From the NCBI RefSeq assembly GCF_036323395.1, contig NZ_AP028907.1, positions 1,680,001 through 1,712,000 of the forward strand: a stretch of DNA of 32,000 nucleotides, in the 5' to 3' direction. The notes under the pieces are model-generated. The model saw only the letters and a list, made by a program, of their open reading frames with translations. It was not told the DNA's origin and searched no databases. A program made the position numbers and the translations under genes. This DNA is from Pyrodictium abyssi (GTDB lineage: Archaea; Thermoproteota; Thermoprotei_A; Sulfolobales; Pyrodictiaceae). This document shows positions 16,281-24,061 of this stretch, piece after piece (positions within the stretch are counted from its first letter, which is position 1; every line of letters starts with the position of its first letter).

Positions 16281-17864
16281 CTACCTGGCCCCGAGCACTA
16301 GGTGGGCTGCGAGCCCCATGTAGACTAGTGCTACGCTTATGTCAACTATCGTCGTGACGAGGGGGCCCGACACGGCTGCAGGGTCTGCGCCTAGCCGGCG
16401 CGCTACTATCGGGAGCGTTGCGCCTATTATATCGGCTAGGAGCGTGACTATAAGCAGCGTGAGCGCCACCGACAGCGACAGCATCACATCCCCGTCGCTA
16501 AGCACCATAGCGAACCCAAAGCCTATTGCCGCCAGGGTCGAGCCTATGAGAGCAGCCGTAGCCAGCTCCTTGAGGAACACGTAGACTATGTCGTGGCGGC
16601 TCCTCTCCGATATCTCGCCGAGGGCTAGGGCCCGGATAATCATTGAGCTAGCCTGGCTCCCCACGTTACCCCCAGTGTCCATCACCAGGGGTATGAAGGC
16701 CGCGAGCAGCGCTATACGCTGGATGACGTCCTCGTAGCCCTTGATTATGTTGGCTGTGACGCTCTCTATCGCGTATATGAGGAGGAGCCACGGGATCCGT
16801 GACTTGAAGAGATCGAGTATACTAGCTTTGAGGTACCTCTCCCGGGGCTTCTCGAGGCCACCCAGCAGGGCTATGTCCTCGGCCGCCTCCTCCGCGAGCA
16901 CGTCGGCTACATCCTCTATCGTTACTAGGCCGAGGAACCTGCCCTCACGGTCGACCACCGGCAGCCGGTTTATGTCGTAGCGTAGCATCATCCTGGCTAC
17001 CTCCTCCCGGTCCACCTCCGGCTCCACCGCCGCCCTCGGCCTCGCTGCGAGCCTCCCCAGCCTCTCGCCGGGGCTGGCACGGAGCAGCTGATCCACCGTG
17101 ACGAGGCCTACTAGGCGGCCCCCGTCGCCGACCACCACTATCGTGTCGCGGACGTCGTAGTCGCCGCTACGGAGCAGCTGCAGCGCCTGCTGCACAGTAT
17201 CGCTAGCACGTAGCACCGGCACACTGGTCGTCATCACGCCGCCAGCCGTGTCCGGGGGGTAGCGGAGCAGCTGCAGCGCCTCCCGGCGCAGGGGGTCCGG
17301 GAGCCTACCCAGGAGAAGGCGGCGCAGCTTCTCCGGCAGCTTCTGGAGCACGTCCACTGCCTCGTCGGGGTCGAGAGTCGCTATAGCCTTGGCCAGGTGA
17401 TCGGGGTCCAGGGACCCAGCTATCTCGCGGAGCGTAGCCTCGTCAGCCAGCAGCATGATCCTGCCGAGGCTCTGGGCGGAGAGGATACGGTAGAGCCTGC
17501 GCCTCACGTCGCCGGGGAGGCGGAGCAGCGCGTCGAGCAGGTCCGGGGGCTCCAGGTAGACCTCGAGGAGGTTGACCAGCCCAGGCTTGTCGAGGAGGAA
17601 CTCCGCCAGGAGTTCTGCGCCCTGGGGGCCCAGGGGCGCCGCCCGTACCTCCGCGTCCTCCCCCAGCTGCCCCGTTATCCTCTCCTCGAGCTCGCCCGGC
17701 TCCAGCGGAGAGTCGACTATCAGCAGGAGCCGGGCCCTATCCTCGACCGCGTAGCCCAGGCTAGTAACCAGGTTGACGCCCAGGCGGTGGAGTAGCCCCG
17801 TAGTCTCCGATAGAAGGCCCGGCCTGTCGGGAGCGTCCACCAGTACTACCAGCCTAGTCGCCAA
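16281..17864 (-). CDS. mgtE: MgtE-family magnesium transporter with N-terminal ACT-like domain, MgtE-N domain, CBS pair and TM domain
   Basis: N-terminus LVDAPDRPGLLSETTGLLHRLGVNLVTSLGYA is ACT-like; DPDEAVDVLQKLPEKLRRLLL MgtE-N; two CBS repeats (DTIVVVGDGGRLVGLVTVDQLL, INRLPVVDREGRFLGLVTIEDVADV); PLVMDTGGNVGSQASSMIIRALALGEI TM domain. Confidence 0.92.
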   Translation of the reverse strand: MATRLVVLVDAPDRPGLLSETTGLLHRLGVNLVTSLGYAVEDRARLLLIVDSPLEPGELEERITGQLGEDAEVRAAPLGPQGAELLAEFLLDKPGLVNLLEVYLEPPDLLDALLRLPGDVRRRLYRILSAQSLGRIMLLADEATLREIAGSLDPDHLAKAIATLDPDEAVDVLQKLPEKLRRLLLGRLPDPLRREALQLLRYPPDTAGGVMTTSVPVLRASDTVQQALQLLRSGDYDVRDTIVVVGDGGRLVGLVTVDQLLRASPGERLGRLAARPRAAVEPEVDREEVARMMLRYDINRLPVVDREGRFLGLVTIEDVADVLAEEAAEDIALLGGLEKPRERYLKASILDLFKSRIPWLLLIYAIESVTANIIKGYEDVIQRIALLAAFIPLVMDTGGNVGSQASSMIIRALALGEISERSRHDIVYVFLKELATAALIGSTLAAIGFGFAMVLSDGDVMLSLSVALTLLIVTLLADIIGATLPIVARRLGADPAAVSGPLVTTIVDISVALVYMGLAAHLVLGAR

Positions 17865-17878
17865 GAGTCTCTGCCCCC

Positions 17879-18244
17879 TCAGCGCCCCTGCTTCTCGCTG
17901 CTCCTCTGGCGCCCCCGGAGGAGGGAGCCGAGGACACCCCCTATACCCGACAGCAGGGCGCCAGCCGCGCCCATGAGGACCAGTGCTGTGCCCACAGCGC
18001 CGCCGGCCAGCAGCCCCACTATGCCCGCAAAGAACGCGCCGAGGGCAGCCACTACGACGGCTACGAAGACCGCGCCGAATATCCCCGCCAGGAAGCCTGC
18101 CACGAGGCCACGGTGCGGAGGGCCGCCCGCCAGGAGCCCGGCCACCAGGCCACCGAGGAAGTCGGCAGCGAGCGGCGGCACCACAGCGGCAAGTAGTAGC
18201 CTAGCAACGAACCCCGCTAGGACAGCAGCAGCCATACCAGCCAA
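17879..18244 (-). CDS. Small Gly/Ala-rich integral membrane protein (DUF5518-like)
   Basis: Several hydrophobic segments rich in GxxxG-type spacing: ADFLGGLVAGLLAGGP...GLVAGFLAGIFGAVF...LLAGGAVG. Confidence 0.6.
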   Translation of the reverse strand: MAGMAAAVLAGFVARLLLAAVVPPLAADFLGGLVAGLLAGGPPHRGLVAGFLAGIFGAVFVAVVVAALGAFFAGIVGLLAGGAVGTALVLMGAAGALLSGIGGVLGSLLRGRQRSSEKQGR

Positions 18245-18346
18245 GACCGTGTTGCACCTCTACGCCCTGGCCCCTGGTGCTGGGGCGGCGCTGAGCCACA
18301 TTAATCTCCGCCGGCCCCCTGGGCCTGGGTCGTAGGGGCGCTAGAC

Positions 18347-19024
18347 TTGCCGGCCGCGGTCGTCGTGAAGATTAGCGGGAAGCATGTCAACCCGGACAAG
18401 CCGGGCATGGTGAAGAGCTACGCCGAGGTGCTACGCAGGCTCCACGAGGAGGGCTACCGGCTAGCCGTCGTCGTGGGCGGCGGCCCGGTAGCGAGAGCCT
18501 ACATCGCCGCGGCGCGGGAGGCCGGGGCGAACCGCGCGCTCCAGGACATGCTGGGCATAGAGGCGGCGAGGCTCAACGCCCGGCTGCTAGCAGCCGCGCT
18601 CCACCCCGACGCGTACCCTGAGCCGCCGCGGAGCATCTGGGAGGCCCTAGAAGCGGCCGCAACCGGCAGGATAGTGGTCGCGGGAGGCTTCCAGCCCGGA
18701 CAGAGCACCGCGGGCGTGGCAGCACTCCTGGCAGAGACGCTCAACGCCGACCTGCTCGTACTAGCCACCACGGTGGATGGCGTCTACACCGCCGACCCCC
18801 GGCGGAGCCCAGACGCCAAGCTCATACCACGCCTAGGCTATGGGGAGCTCCGCAGCGTGCTCGAGCAGAGCGTCGAGCCCGGCCGCTACGAGCTACTAGA
18901 CCCCCTAGCACTCTCCATCGTCGAGAGGAGCGGTATCAGGGTAAGGGTGGTGAACGGCTCGGACCCCGAGAACGTGGCGAGGGCTGCGAGAGGCGAGGAG
19001 GTAGGCAGCCTAGTAGCACCGTGA
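18347..19024 (+). CDS. pyrH: UMP kinase (archaeal type)
   Basis: VVKISGKHVNPD, VVVGGGPVARAYIAAAREAGAN, LNADLLVLATTVDGVYTADPRRSPDAKLI. Start may be internal to the TTG call. Confidence 0.92.
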   Translation: MPAAVVVKISGKHVNPDKPGMVKSYAEVLRRLHEEGYRLAVVVGGGPVARAYIAAAREAGANRALQDMLGIEAARLNARLLAAALHPDAYPEPPRSIWEALEAAATGRIVVAGGFQPGQSTAGVAALLAETLNADLLVLATTVDGVYTADPRRSPDAKLIPRLGYGELRSVLEQSVEPGRYELLDPLALSIVERSGIRVRVVNGSDPENVARAARGEEVGSLVAP

Positions 19025-19536
19025 GCACTGCGCGTCCCCGGCAGCGCACTCGACGGCGCTGGCAGCAAACGTTAACTATAATGTACAATAATTAGAATAA
19101 TCAAACATTGTTTTGAAAGTGTGAGTAAGGCCTATAACCCCCTTATACGACTGTTGAACACGTAATCTTGGAGGGCGAGGGCGGCAGCCGAGGCAGCGTA
19201 TCACCCCTTGGGGCCGACCGGGCCCAGAACTCTATGCACCACCGCCCGGCGGCCCAACAACCAGAACCACTCCAACCCGTTCTCCCATCAAGTCGCTAGG
19301 ACAAGCGATACTATGGCCTACGCTGTCCAGGCTCCTAGAGTTGGCGCTGAGGCCCCCCTAGATGCACCGCTTGCCTGTCAGGACAAACGCCTCCTCCTAT
19401 ATAAGCGTGCAATAGGCCAGCTCATGTTGCGGCGCTATACGCTCTACAGGATACCGCCATAGGCTCCGCCAGGGAGAGGCCGCGGTACTGGCTTCCCGGT
19501 AACACTGCCTCCTAAACCACACCCTGGGGCACCTAG

Positions 19537-19544
19537 CTATATTC
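19537..19544 (+). promoter_or_regulatory. Candidate TATA element for the TasA-like gene
   Basis: CTATATTC about 30 nt upstream of candidate start codons at 19564 and 19573. Confidence 0.3.
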
Positions 19545-19572
19545 ATGCATTGGGAGAAGGAGGGTGGAGAGT

Positions 19573-20226
19573 ATGAAGAGGGAGACGGCGACACCGGGAG
19601 GAGCGCCAAGCGGTGGCAGCGGAGCCGGTGGGCCCGCCGCCGGAGACGCCCGTAAGACGCGGATGAAGCCGCTAGTACTCCTCGTCGCGCTGCTGCCGCT
19701 GCTAGCGCTCACAGCTATCGGCCTCACCTACGCCCAGTGGAGCGAGACACTAAGCCTATCAGCGACGATATCTACTGGTAGCCTAGACGTAGACATAAAG
19801 GCTAATGAGGCCACTGACGTGACAACGTCATCACAGTACATAGACGTGTCACTATCCTTGACCTCTACGGACTCCGATCAAGGAAATGAGCAGCTCTCTA
19901 TAACCATAGAGAAGGCCTACCCTGGCGCTGAGGTTAATGTCACCTTTACGCTGGAAAATGTTGGGACTATTCCAGCTCTAGCCACGATAAAGCTAAACAC
20001 TGACACTATACCAAGTGATGTTGCAGCATGTGTGAATGTAAAGCTGTACAACGCGCAAGGCAATCCCATAAACACGCCATACACGATACAGTTAGCCCCG
20101 GGAGAATTTGAGAAGTTTAAGCTAGGCATAGAGATACCAAGCAGCTGCGACCTCGAAGAGAACAAGAAGGACGCTATCCAGCTCAACAACATCGTAGAGG
20201 TTGATGTTGAGCAAAACGTGAGTTAG
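19573..20226 (+). CDS. Secreted TasA/camelysin-like (SipW-cognate signal peptide) putative filament or matrix protein
   Basis: MKPLVLLVALLPLLALTAIGLTYAQWSETLSLSATISTGSLDVDI fits the SipW-cognate signal region (hydrophobic-Gx(2)YAxWSxT...GxLD); later AYPGAEVNVTFTLENVGTIPALATIKL as in TasA-like beta-sandwich proteins. ORF open from GTG 19564; purine-rich GGAGAAGGAGGG precedes ATG 19573; ATG 19663 is also possible. Confidence 0.75.
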   Translation: MKRETATPGGAPSGGSGAGGPAAGDARKTRMKPLVLLVALLPLLALTAIGLTYAQWSETLSLSATISTGSLDVDIKANEATDVTTSSQYIDVSLSLTSTDSDQGNEQLSITIEKAYPGAEVNVTFTLENVGTIPALATIKLNTDTIPSDVAACVNVKLYNAQGNPINTPYTIQLAPGEFEKFKLGIEIPSSCDLEENKKDAIQLNNIVEVDVEQNVS

Positions 20227-20269
20227 CAGAGGTAGTGAGCACAATATAAGTAAGAAGCTGGTTCATCTG

Positions 20270-20275
20270 TTTTTT
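20270..20275 (+). terminator. Candidate T-tract terminator downstream of the TasA-like gene
   Basis: TTTTTT 44 nt after the stop, flanked by complementary AGAAGC (20253-20258) and GCTTCT (20281-20286). Confidence 0.4.
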
Positions 20276-20398
20276 CAGCTGCTTCTAATCCTCGACCCAT
20301 GTATCCGACTCGCCTAACATGATGTTAACCGCTCACTGCTCTAAACTTCACCTACTCCTAGTTAAGCCCTGCCTACTGCCGGGACGAGTCTAACCCCA

Positions 20399-20406
20399 TT
20401 TATAAG
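20399..20406 (+). promoter_or_regulatory. TATA box of the signal peptidase gene
   Basis: TTTATAAG, close to the archaeal TATA consensus, 42-49 nt upstream of the TTG start at 20448. Confidence 0.55.
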
Positions 20407-20447
20407 CATCATATGCTTCGGCATAAGAGAGCACTGCGGGAGACTTC

Positions 20448-21590
20448 TTGGAGCGCTACCTTGTACATTACTCTAGAGATGCCGGGCAAGCCGAGACGAT
20501 AGAAGTGTGGAAGCCTACACGGCTACTAGTTCTGCTCATCTCGCTATTTCTTGCTGAACTAGCATACCTAGCCAGCATTAAGCTTCACCTATATCCGCCG
20601 CTGGTGAGGGGGATAGCCTGGCTTATCGCAGGGCTCGTCTCTCTAAGGCTTACAAGAAGTGGGGGGAGTCTTGACGGCCTAGTAGCTGCTGGGCTGGCTT
20701 CGATACTTCATATGGCCTCGATGCTCGTCTACGGACTTGTGGTTGGGTTTGGACTAAACGCAATGGCTCCGAGCCGGGAGCTGATGTTCTATACTATGCT
20801 GTGGGTTGGGCTGACGGCGCTGGGCCGGGAGATGGTCCGCTCGGCTGCTATACGTGGTGGCCCGTTCTATGCTGTGTTCGCCGCCTACGTTTGGGGTGTT
20901 GTCTCGTGGTACCCACTAGTGAGTCTGCTGCTCGGCCATAATCTCGGCCTCTTTGGCTCGTTGCTCGAGGCTGTTAACAGGCTTGGCTTTATACTGGCTG
21001 GAGAGCTCGTGGCGTCGCTGCTGGTGTGGCTCTACGGCTGGCCGGCTGGCAGCCTATACATCGTCGCAGCCTATGGCCTCTTCACGTGGTTCCCGCTGAT
21101 ACCCGCAGGCACCGCTATAGGCAGGGCACTAGCCTTTGCTTCTGCTTCCAGCGTGGCCGCTGTGGCTATGTATGCTAGGGCTTCCGGCGAGAGGGGATGG
21201 TGGCGTATAGTAGCCGTCTACGCGGCAGCCATCACGGCTATGTGGATAGTGCTGGGCTCTACGGGCGTCCTAGGGTTCTACGTGTTCGCCGTTGGCTCTG
21301 GCTCCATGGAGCCGGTGCTGAAGCCTGGCGACCTGGTGATAGTGCGGAAGGCTTCCCTGGACTCGATAGGGGTGGGCGACATAGTTGCCTATCGTAGCCC
21401 TGAGAACGGCGTCGTGATAGTCCACCGTGTCGTGGCCATAGACGGTGACGCGCTGGTGACTAAGGGTGATGCGAACCCGGAGCCGGACCCCTTCCGGGTA
21501 ACAGGGGACATGGTGCTGGGGAAGGTGGTGGCGAGGGTGCCGCTGCTCGGCTACCTGGCTAGGGGCGCGTTCGCCAGCTACCTGAAATAG
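20448..21590 (+). CDS. Archaeal/ER-type (S26B, SipW-like) signal peptidase I with a large N-terminal multi-TM domain
   Basis: C-terminal domain: VGSGSMEPVLKPGDLVIVRKA (catalytic Ser), GVVIVHRVVAIDGDALVTKGDANPEPDPF (His replacing Lys); preceding roughly 270 aa is mostly hydrophobic. Confidence 0.88.
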   Translation: MERYLVHYSRDAGQAETIEVWKPTRLLVLLISLFLAELAYLASIKLHLYPPLVRGIAWLIAGLVSLRLTRSGGSLDGLVAAGLASILHMASMLVYGLVVGFGLNAMAPSRELMFYTMLWVGLTALGREMVRSAAIRGGPFYAVFAAYVWGVVSWYPLVSLLLGHNLGLFGSLLEAVNRLGFILAGELVASLLVWLYGWPAGSLYIVAAYGLFTWFPLIPAGTAIGRALAFASASSVAAVAMYARASGERGWWRIVAVYAAAITAMWIVLGSTGVLGFYVFAVGSGSMEPVLKPGDLVIVRKASLDSIGVGDIVAYRSPENGVVIVHRVVAIDGDALVTKGDANPEPDPFRVTGDMVLGKVVARVPLLGYLARGAFASYLK

Positions 21591-21606
21591 GGGCGAGGCG
21601 CGGCCC

Positions 21607-22923
21607 CTACCGCTGGAGGTGCTCTGGGCACTCCACCCGGTCTTTTAGGCTCCTTGTCTCCAGGCCCCCTTCTAGCCCTGGTGCTAGGAAGCTGCAGTCC
21701 GGCACGTCCCTGGCCACGACTGTGCCCGGGTAGATCCAGCTGTAGGCGCCCACCCTTACGCCGGGGAGGAGCGAGACGTTTATGCCGGTCTGCGCGTAGC
21801 CGCCCAGGAAGGCGCCCAGCTTCTTCCTGCCAGTGTCAACGCGGCGGCCCTTGAGCGTCATCCTCACAGTGGCGTGGTCGAAGCGGAGGTTCGCCGTGAC
21901 CGTGCCGGCCCCGAGGTTGACGTGCTCCCCTAGCACGCTGTCGCCCACGTAGTTGAAGTGCGGGGCCTTAGCCCCCTCCATGAGGATGCTGGCCTTTATC
22001 TCGGTGTGTGCCCCGGCCCGGCTGCCCTCTAGGAGGAAGCTCCAGGGCCTCAGCCGCGCCAGTGGCCCTGCCTCGCCCTCTATCCAGGCTGGGCCCTCTA
22101 CCACCGTGTGGCTGCGGACCACCGCGCCTGGGGCTACGTAGACGGGGCCGCGTAGCACCGCGCCTGGCTCAGCCTCGCCCTCGACGAGGGGCTCGCTGCG
22201 CCCCCTCATCTTCTCCTCGAAGACGGCCCTGTAGGCGTCTATCAGCTCCCAGGGCCGGCCCACGTCCATCCAGAGCCAGTCGCCCGACACGACGCGGACA
22301 CACGCCTCCTCCGCGAGCGCGGCGACGGCGTCCGTTACCTCTAGCTCGCCCCGGGGGCTGGGCTTCAGCCCGGCGAGGAGCTCCTCTAGGCGCTGGCGGG
22401 GCAGCAGGTAGACCCCCGTGTTCACTAGGCTCCCCGGCTTGGCGTCCATCGGCTTCTCGCGGAGCCCCCGGAGACAGCCCCGGCCGTCCGCCTCGACTAC
22501 GCCGTACTCCCAGGGCCTCTCGCTCGGCACAGCCGCGAGCGCCGGGGCCCCGGCCTCCGCTACGGCCTCTAGGAGGCCTCGGGAGACTAGCAGGTCGCCG
22601 TTGACCAGCAGCACCTCGTCGACGGAGCGCGGGAGGGCCTCCACGCCGACGCGGGCAGCGTCCCCGGTGCCGCGTGGCTCCGGCTGCACAGCGTAGGCCA
22701 CGCTGAAGCTCCTCTCCTCGAGCAGCCGCCGGGTAGCCTCGCCAGCCCACCCCGGGGAGACGACCACCACGACGCCGTCTACGAGGCCCCTTAGCTGGCC
22801 CAGGAGCCGGGTCAGCAGGGTCTCGCCGCCGGGGAGAGGGAGCAGAGGCTTAGGGCGCGTAGACGTGAGGGGCCAGAGGCGCTCGCCACGCCCAGCCGCG
22901 AGCACGACCGCGTAGCGGGACAA
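21607..22923 (-). CDS. Sugar-1-phosphate nucleotidylyltransferase with left-handed beta-helix domain (archaeal GlmU-like)
   Basis: AVVLAAGRGERLWPLTSTRPKPLLPLPG; C-terminal hexapeptide-like repeats and HFNYVGDSVLGEHVNLGAGTVTANLRFDH. Confidence 0.9.
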   Translation of the reverse strand: MSRYAVVLAAGRGERLWPLTSTRPKPLLPLPGGETLLTRLLGQLRGLVDGVVVVVSPGWAGEATRRLLEERSFSVAYAVQPEPRGTGDAARVGVEALPRSVDEVLLVNGDLLVSRGLLEAVAEAGAPALAAVPSERPWEYGVVEADGRGCLRGLREKPMDAKPGSLVNTGVYLLPRQRLEELLAGLKPSPRGELEVTDAVAALAEEACVRVVSGDWLWMDVGRPWELIDAYRAVFEEKMRGRSEPLVEGEAEPGAVLRGPVYVAPGAVVRSHTVVEGPAWIEGEAGPLARLRPWSFLLEGSRAGAHTEIKASILMEGAKAPHFNYVGDSVLGEHVNLGAGTVTANLRFDHATVRMTLKGRRVDTGRKKLGAFLGGYAQTGINVSLLPGVRVGAYSWIYPGTVVARDVPDCSFLAPGLEGGLETRSLKDRVECPEHLQR

Positions 22924-23080
22924 CCCAGCCCTACCAAGCAGGGTGAAGCCCGGCCTCGGGCCCTAAAGGCAGCTACCCCGGCGCAGGCCTCATCACGCGG
23001 CTCAAGCCAGTGTCTTCATGCAGGTATACCTCCCTGGGACTCTCTATGTGCCCAGAGCACTGCCCGGGTAGCGAACACCC

Positions 23081-23085
23081 TATAA
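23081..23085 (+). promoter_or_regulatory. Candidate TATA element of the small-ORF/nucleotidyltransferase pair
   Basis: ACCCTATAACCC, about 40 nt before the GTG at 23121. Confidence 0.35.
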
Positions 23086-23120
23086 CCCGGTATGCTAGCT
23101 AAGTATGCTAAGGGGCTGGC

Positions 23121-23357
23121 GTGGAGAACACTATACTCGACTACGGTGTGGTGGAAAAGCTGGCCCGTTCGAGGCGGCGTGAGGCGGCGAGGCTTTCGCT
23201 GCTCCTACGCGAGGCTGATAAGCCGCGGGGTGGCCGTAGAAGCCTCCGGGACGCCGTCCGTCTTGCCGAGATAGCGGTGGACGCCTCTCGGGCCATGCTG
23301 GAGGTAGTTGCGTGGGGGAAGGCTTGGGAGAAGAGGGTTCTGAAGCTGAAGCAGTAG
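23121..23357 (+). CDS. Small helical protein upstream of a nucleotidyltransferase (possible partner/antitoxin)
   Basis: 78-aa ORF MENTILDYGVVEKLARSRRREAARLSLLLREADK...; overlaps the next ORF, consistent with translational coupling. Confidence 0.55.
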   Translation: MENTILDYGVVEKLARSRRREAARLSLLLREADKPRGGRRSLRDAVRLAEIAVDASRAMLEVVAWGKAWEKRVLKLKQ

Positions 23358-23995
23358 CTCTCCGTCTCTACCGCGAGCTCGTCGAGACGCTGCTGCCCAG
23401 ACTCCGGGGCGTGAGGGACGAGACTAGGAGGTTTCTCCTACTCCTAGCATGGCTCAATACCAGGCTCGAGGAGCTGGGTCTGGGCCGTGTTATCGTCACG
23501 GGCGGGTTCGCCGTGGAGGTCTACACGGGTAGGGTCTACCGTACAATGGATGTGGATGTCATCGTGGAGGGGCGTGGGGCGCTTAGGGTTATCGAGAAGC
23601 TGCTAAGCATGGTCTCGGAGCCGATTGGGCGGGGCTACCTGCCGCGCGAGGAGGCCCTCTCCCTCAAGTCCATAGACATTGTCTCGACTCTCTACGACCG
23701 CGGGGCAGCCCCCGTCAAGATTCTCGTGGACGGCTACTACGTGTATGTGGAGCCCCCGGAGGAGCTTGTTGTACGCTACCTCGCGGGCTGGAAGTTCTGG
23801 GGGTCGAGAGAGGACCGGGACAAGGCCCTCTGGGTCTACACGGTATGGCGCGACCGCCTGGACCAGGAGTACCTGCGGAGGCGGGCAAGGGAGGAGGGGG
23901 TTGAGGACAAGCTTAGGGAGCTGGCATCATTCGTAGAAAGCAGTGCATCCGCCACGGCCCCGTCGCGTGAACGCGGCACAGCGCGGGAGGAGTAG
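23312..23995 (+). CDS. Nucleotidyltransferase-fold protein (MNT/AbiEii-like)
   Basis: VIVTGGFAVEVYTGRVYRTMDVDVIVEG has the GG...DxD NTase arrangement; KSIDIVSTLYDRGAAPVKILVDGYYVYVEPPEELVVRYLAGWK resembles AbiEii/DUF6036-type proteins. Exact start uncertain. Confidence 0.72.
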   Translation: MGEGLGEEGSEAEAVALRLYRELVETLLPRLRGVRDETRRFLLLLAWLNTRLEELGLGRVIVTGGFAVEVYTGRVYRTMDVDVIVEGRGALRVIEKLLSMVSEPIGRGYLPREEALSLKSIDIVSTLYDRGAAPVKILVDGYYVYVEPPEELVVRYLAGWKFWGSREDRDKALWVYTVWRDRLDQEYLRRRAREEGVEDKLRELASFVESSASATAPSRERGTAREE

Positions 23996-24061
23996 GCTCC
24001 TCCTGCCGCGGGGCGCTTTAGCCGAGATAGTACTCATACACGTGTATAGAGATTGCCTGGC

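Noticed and set aside
19208-19462. 84-aa plus-strand ORF in the long intergenic gap
   Set aside because: Composition is low-complexity and unrelated to any family; an overlapping antisense ORF exists and no good start signal was seen.
22008-22604. 198-aa plus-strand and 193-aa minus-strand (22169-22750) ORFs inside the nucleotidylyltransferase gene
   Set aside because: Arg/Pro/Gly-rich shadow translations antisense or out of frame to a clear enzyme.
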